Assembly (NCBI GenBank): GCA_965215565.1
Contig: CBDCDZ010000004.1
Coordinates: 4,096,001 to 4,160,000 of the forward strand
Direction of reading: 5' to 3'
DNA from: Trueperaceae bacterium
Lineage (GTDB): Bacteria > Deinococcota > Deinococci > Deinococcales > Trueperaceae
Length of the DNA: 64,000 bases
Positions 60,010 to 64,000 of the stretch are shown here, one piece after another. The position numbers and the translations under genes were made by a program. The notes under the pieces are model-generated. The model was not told the DNA's origin. It searched no databases and worked only from the letters and a program-made list of their open reading frames with translations. Each line of letters starts with the position of its first letter. The first letter of the stretch is position 1.

Positions 60010-60804
60010 TTAACGGTGTTGCTCCATATAGGCGGCTGCGAAATCCACGAGCGCACGCTGCGCAATGAGCTTCGTTTCTGCTTGACCGACGTAGCACGCG
60101 CTCACCTCATGCACCTCTTCGAACGCTGCGCCAATCGCCACAAAATCATCTGAAATGGGCTCCAATACCTCATAGCTGACCCACTGCCGCTCACCGTCCA
60201 CGAATACCGCGCTGCTCTCCGTAATGAGCGACTTATTTGCGTAGTCAGCCCGCGCTTCTGCCAGATGCAAGGACGTGTTTTTATCGTGACTGACGCCGAG
60301 CAGTAAGACGTGAGCGCCTAAGTCGTAGAGTTTCGCGAGCGGTGAACCTTCTCCGGTTGGGCTCTCTAAGGGATGCTCCGCTGTAAGGTCAGCCGCGTTT
60401 GCGCCGAGCGCCGCGAACGAACGAGCCGGGTGCGTGCTGCGCGTTGCACCGGGCCACAACCGAATCGTTTCGGCGAGGACGCCCATGTTTAAGGACGGTG
60501 TGAGGACGGCGTCGTAGGCGGGCCAGTGTTCACGTATTGCTGGATACCAGGATTTAGGAATGTCACCGTGTACACCTCTTGTCGGGTCTAAGTTCTTCCA
60601 GGTTTGCGTCGGGACGACGAGCGTGCCCTCGTCGCCCACGGCTGCTAAGAGCGCACGTACTACCGTCTCCGCGCCGCCAATCACAAATCCAATTTGGCTC
60701 AGTGAACCGTGAACGATGAGGGTGTGACCTCTTTGAACGCCGCAGGCGCGAAGGTCGGTGAGGAGGCTATGGGGGGTAAGAGGTTCGGCGCTACGCTCAG
60801 CCAT
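60010..60804 (-). CDS. Aminoglycoside N(3)-acetyltransferase family (AAC(3)/YokD-like)
   Basis: IVHGSLS, GTLVVPT, RSTHPARSF and NTSLHLAE motifs. Confidence 0.9.
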   Translation of the reverse strand: MAERSAEPLTPHSLLTDLRACGVQRGHTLIVHGSLSQIGFVIGGAETVVRALLAAVGDEGTLVVPTQTWKNLDPTRGVHGDIPKSWYPAIREHWPAYDAVLTPSLNMGVLAETIRLWPGATRSTHPARSFAALGANAADLTAEHPLESPTGEGSPLAKLYDLGAHVLLLGVSHDKNTSLHLAEARADYANKSLITESSAVFVDGERQWVSYEVLEPISDDFVAIGAAFEEVHEVSACYVGQAETKLIAQRALVDFAAAYMEQHR

Positions 60805-61654
60805 GACTGCCTCCTTGAAGGACGTACTGCACCTCAGTGCGAAAGCGGCTGGTGTCATTCGTTTCTCCATGTCCAACGAAATAGACCTCTCGCTTCTGTC
60901 CTAGCCCTCGCCCCGCCTCCAGCGCCCAAGCGCGAACGGTGCGAGACGCTAAGTGCAGCGGCTCATACGGGCCGATATGGAGGGTATAGGCGAGCGTGGC
61001 GGCGGGTAGGAGGGCGGCGGCGAACGGTGCGGGCGGCTCCAAGAGGTCTTCCGTCGGCACGCAGAAGTCTACTGTGAAGCGCCACGGTGAGGCGTCCGAC
61101 CAGTCCAGGTGGCGCTCACAGTCTCCCCCGAGGGGTAAGAGGAAGGGCGGCACGGCGAGCCCTAACCCGCGTTCGCGCAGCACCTCTTCTATCTTCTCAA
61201 ACGCCCGTTTCCGCGCTCCGCCAATCTTGGCGAGTGAGGTCTCTTCGCGCAGATAGATGTAGGGCTGCGCCGAGACCTCTTTCGCCTTGACTTGATAAGG
61301 GAAAATCTCGCAAGTTTGAAGCGCGTCTAAGGTCACGAGGGCTTCTCGGTACTTAGCGATGCGCTCCTCAACTGAGCGGCGTTGACGCGCGATGAGGTCA
61401 TGCAAGGTGGCGGGGCTTTCGGCGTCAAAAACGCACTGGATATCGTTTAAGGGAACCTCTAGCGCCCTCAACAACCGTATCTGCTCGGCTTGAACGGTTT
61501 GCTCGCGTCGGTAGTAGCGGTAGCCCGTCTCCGGGTCTACCTGCGCAGGGCGCAAGAGCCCGACCTCATCGTAAAAGCGGAGGGTGCTTCTAGTCAGTCC
61601 CGTGGTCTTGGCGAAGTGTCCTATGGGGACGAGGGTGTTCGCGCTTTTGCTCAT
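60797..61654 (-). CDS. MerR family regulator with GyrI-like effector domain (BmrR-like)
   Basis: IGHFAKTTGL...LRFYDEVGLL...TGYRYY and HIGPYE motifs. Confidence 0.9.
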   Translation of the reverse strand: MSKSANTLVPIGHFAKTTGLTRSTLRFYDEVGLLRPAQVDPETGYRYYRREQTVQAEQIRLLRALEVPLNDIQCVFDAESPATLHDLIARQRRSVEERIAKYREALVTLDALQTCEIFPYQVKAKEVSAQPYIYLREETSLAKIGGARKRAFEKIEEVLRERGLGLAVPPFLLPLGGDCERHLDWSDASPWRFTVDFCVPTEDLLEPPAPFAAALLPAATLAYTLHIGPYEPLHLASRTVRAWALEAGRGLGQKREVYFVGHGETNDTSRFRTEVQYVLQGGSHG

Positions 61655-61662
61655 TAACTTAT

Positions 61663-61693
61663 AGTCTAAAGTCTCAGGTGGCTTGAAGGTCAA
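61663..61693 (-). promoter_or_regulatory. MerR-type promoter with 19-bp spacer
   Basis: TTGACC-N19-TAGACT on the minus strand, with an imperfect dyad in the spacer. Confidence 0.7.
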
Positions 61694-61722
61694 GCCCGCG
61701 AAACGAGGTGAAGGTGATGCCA

Positions 61723-61858
61723 TAGCACTTCCACAACATACTGAGACAGATGAGCGCAGATCTCTGTCCGTAAGGACTAGCGGGATTTCATCTCAGAATG
61801 TGCGTTCTAAACGATGTTCTCTACAGTGGGAGTGTCTCCAACCAGATGATACCTGCTA
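61723..61858 (+). repeat. Repeat family A, copy 10
   Basis: TAGCACTTCCAC...ACCAGATGATACCTGCTA. Confidence 0.85.
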
Positions 61859-62049
61859 TAAACTTCCTCATAGCGCTGCTCGTGCGCCAAGCGGACGAAC
61901 TCTTTTTAGCTCGTCGCGCGTAGGTTGTCAGCGACGGTCATCGGAGATGCCTGCGCCAATCGTGCCCTCGAGACCGGGATGCAGGGCGTACCCGAGATAG
62001 TCGGCAATGTGGACTCAAACTTGGACTCAAATCAGGGACATTCGTCTCG

Positions 62050-62078
62050 TTGACACTCTTTAGCGGGGTTGTTATGCT
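62050..62078 (+). promoter_or_regulatory. Putative promoter of the V-ATPase operon
   Basis: TTGACA-N17-TATGCT with an extended TG. Confidence 0.6.
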
Positions 62079-62299
62079 TATCGCTGCAAAGCGCGGTTGG
62101 TTAGGTGCACGTAACTGTAACCTCGCGTTTTTTTATGCCCCATTCGGTACCTGTGTACGCACTGTTTACTCTACCTGGGCAGTCTGCGCATTCGGCTCGT
62201 CACTTTCGTGTAGAGTTGGGGGCGTGTCTGCACATGTTTGTACAGGCTAAGCTATCCGGGGTAAATCAGTTGGTTTTAGTGTAGAGGGAGGAGGACCGG

Positions 62300-62620
62300 T
62301 TGGAAGCCCAGGGCGAAAAACTTTTGCAGGACTTGGTTTCGCAAGAGCAAACCCTAATTGGCAAGGTCGAGGACGCGAAGCGGCAAGCGGAGCAAATCGT
62401 CCAGGAGGCCCAGGAGAAAGCCTCACAGATCAAAGCCGAAGCGCGGCAAGAGGCGGATAAAAAGGCCGAAGAGCAGCGCGAGGCAGCCCGCGCTGAGAGC
62501 GAAGAGGCGCGGCAAGAGGTCTTAAAAGAGGCGCGGCGAGGTGTAGAAACTACCGAGTCGCAAGCGGAAAAGAATAGAGGCGAAGCGGTGAAGCGCGTCA
62601 AAGAGCAGGTGCTGCCATGA
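62300..62620 (+). CDS. V/A-type ATP synthase peripheral stalk subunit G (H)
   Basis: Charged coiled coil; first gene before subunit I; GGAGGAGG RBS. Confidence 0.8.
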   Translation: MEAQGEKLLQDLVSQEQTLIGKVEDAKRQAEQIVQEAQEKASQIKAEARQEADKKAEEQREAARAESEEARQEVLKEARRGVETTESQAEKNRGEAVKRVKEQVLP

Positions 62621-64000
62621 TCGCGACGATGGACCGGCTACTGATCGTTGGGCGTAAAAGCATCGCCAAAGACCTCTTGACGAGCTTGCAGAGCCTGGGC
62701 GTCGTGCAGGTGGTGCCTCTGGAGGGCGAGGAGTTGAGCCGCTTCGAACTCAAAGAGGGCGACCAAAAAGCGAAGGACAACTGGGACGGCGTGGTCTCGA
62801 GGAGCGAGTCTCTCATCGACACGCTCTCTATTGAGCGTGAGGCGAGCAGCAAGGGTGAAGTTCCGAATAGCCTCACCGAGATTCAGTCGTATCTGAGTGA
62901 CTTGGGCGGCCAGACGGACACCCTCGTCGCTGAGCGCGGCGAGATTCGCGACGAACTCGACCTCATCAACACGTACTTGCCGCTCTTTAGAGAACTCGCG
63001 CCGGAGTTAGCGCAGCTCGAGGGCAGCCGCTACCTCTACGGCAGCGCGTTTTTAGCGCCGGACGAGGACACGCTTAAAGAGGCGCGCGACTCCCTCAACG
63101 AGTCCTTAGAGGACCGCTTCGAGATGTCGAGCAAGTCCTTCCGCAGCGAGCGCCTAGCGGTGGTTGCCGTGCTCAAAGACGACAAGAACGAACTTGCGGC
63201 GGCGCTCAACCGCGTCGGCTTAGCCGAGCTTAAACTGCCTGAGCGCTACGAGGGGCACGGCTTCGCCAAGGCTGTTCACGTGATGGAAGAGCGCTCACAG
63301 ACGCTGCCCAAGCGCCTCAAGACCATCCAGAGCGATTTGGGGCATCTCGCGAAAGTTCACGGCGCGAAGCTTAAAGCGCTCCACCAGGTCGCCATCAACT
63401 ACCAGAGCCGCTATCACACATTGGGCGACTTAGCGGGCGGACGTTACAGCTTCGCGCTGCAAGGCTGGGTCCCTTCCGAGGACCGCCGCCGCGTGGTGAG
63501 CGCGTTGGAGAAGCAGTTCGGCGAGGACATCGTCGCCGAGTCGCGCAAGGCGGACGAGCATCACGACAAGAGCATCCCGGTTAAGCTCGAGAACCCCGGC
63601 TGGATCAGCCCCTTCGAGGGGTTGTTGTCGCTCTTCAGCCCGCCCAAGTACGGCTACTTCGATCCGAGTTGGACCCTGGCCGTCTTCTTCCCGCTCTTTT
63701 TCGGGTTGGTCGTTGGCGACATCGGTTTCGGCTTGGCCTTTTTAGCGCTCGGACTGTGGTTCCGCTCGAGGGGTAAAAAGGGCAACGCGCTCAGTTTAGG
63801 ACCTTTAGGCATCACCATCTCACCGAGTGCGCTGCCGCCGATCGGCACGGTCATCAATTGGTGCGCGGCGTGGAGCATCGCCTTCGGCTTTATCTACGGT
63901 GAGTTTTTCGGCAACGCCTTGGAGCGAATCTACATCTTTGGCGGCAAGCCGATTTTCTACACACCCTTGCACCACGAAGAGGGGTACGGTTGGATTCCCA
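62617..64000 (+). CDS. V/A-type ATP synthase subunit I, 5' part; runs off the window edge
   Basis: Manual translation MIATMDRLLIVGRK...LQGWVP...PPKYGYFDPSW...FFGLVVGDIG...GEFFGN. Confidence 0.92.
   Translation, partial: MIATMDRLLIVGRKSIAKDLLTSLQSLGVVQVVPLEGEELSRFELKEGDQKAKDNWDGVVSRSESLIDTLSIEREASSKGEVPNSLTEIQSYLSDLGGQTDTLVAERGEIRDELDLINTYLPLFRELAPELAQLEGSRYLYGSAFLAPDEDTLKEARDSLNESLEDRFEMSSKSFRSERLAVVAVLKDDKNELAAALNRVGLAELKLPERYEGHGFAKAVHVMEERSQTLPKRLKTIQSDLGHLAKVHGAKLKALHQVAINYQSRYHTLGDLAGGRYSFALQGWVPSEDRRRVVSALEKQFGEDIVAESRKADEHHDKSIPVKLENPGWISPFEGLLSLFSPPKYGYFDPSWTLAVFFPLFFGLVVGDIGFGLAFLALGLWFRSRGKKGNALSLGPLGITISPSALPPIGTVINWCAAWSIAFGFIYGEFFGNALERIYIFGGKPIFYTPLHHEEGYGWIP

Noticed and set aside
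1..64000. tRNA, rRNA, prophage or CRISPR-Cas genes
   Set aside because: No cloverleaf or rRNA signatures, phage structural genes or regular repeat-spacer arrays were seen by eye.

Overview
A 64-kb chromosomal segment, most likely from a Deinococcota bacterium of the Truepera type. This is inferred from the Thermus/Deinococcus-type V-ATPase, an HspR-type HAIR site at clpB, many apparently leaderless genes and the gene content. The backbone is housekeeping: pnp, rpsO, yebC, ruvA, typA, pdxH, ispDE, ubiX, rpoD, miaA, sat/cysC, tatAC, ppk2, clpB, zapE and V-ATPase. The main result is a complete IS110 element (39775-40900) inserted at a TC core inside a copy of a dispersed 110-160 bp TA-flanked MITE-like repeat that has about 10 copies in the window. 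The element's left non-coding end reads as a compact bridge RNA: one loop carries guides matching the repeat target and a second loop carries guides matching the element's own circle junction. A sigma70-like promoter forms only on circularisation. Next is an integrase-free array of toxin-antitoxin-like cassettes (48541-52327) separated by repeated gene-3'-end fragments bounded by CTCGAG, a palindrome that looks strongly over-represented in the window. Also present are GTAG-type REP palindromes, a nested MITE, heptamer tracts and several regulator operators. No rRNA, tRNA or CRISPR array was found. All calls come from reading the sequence and the ORF track; no database searches were run.
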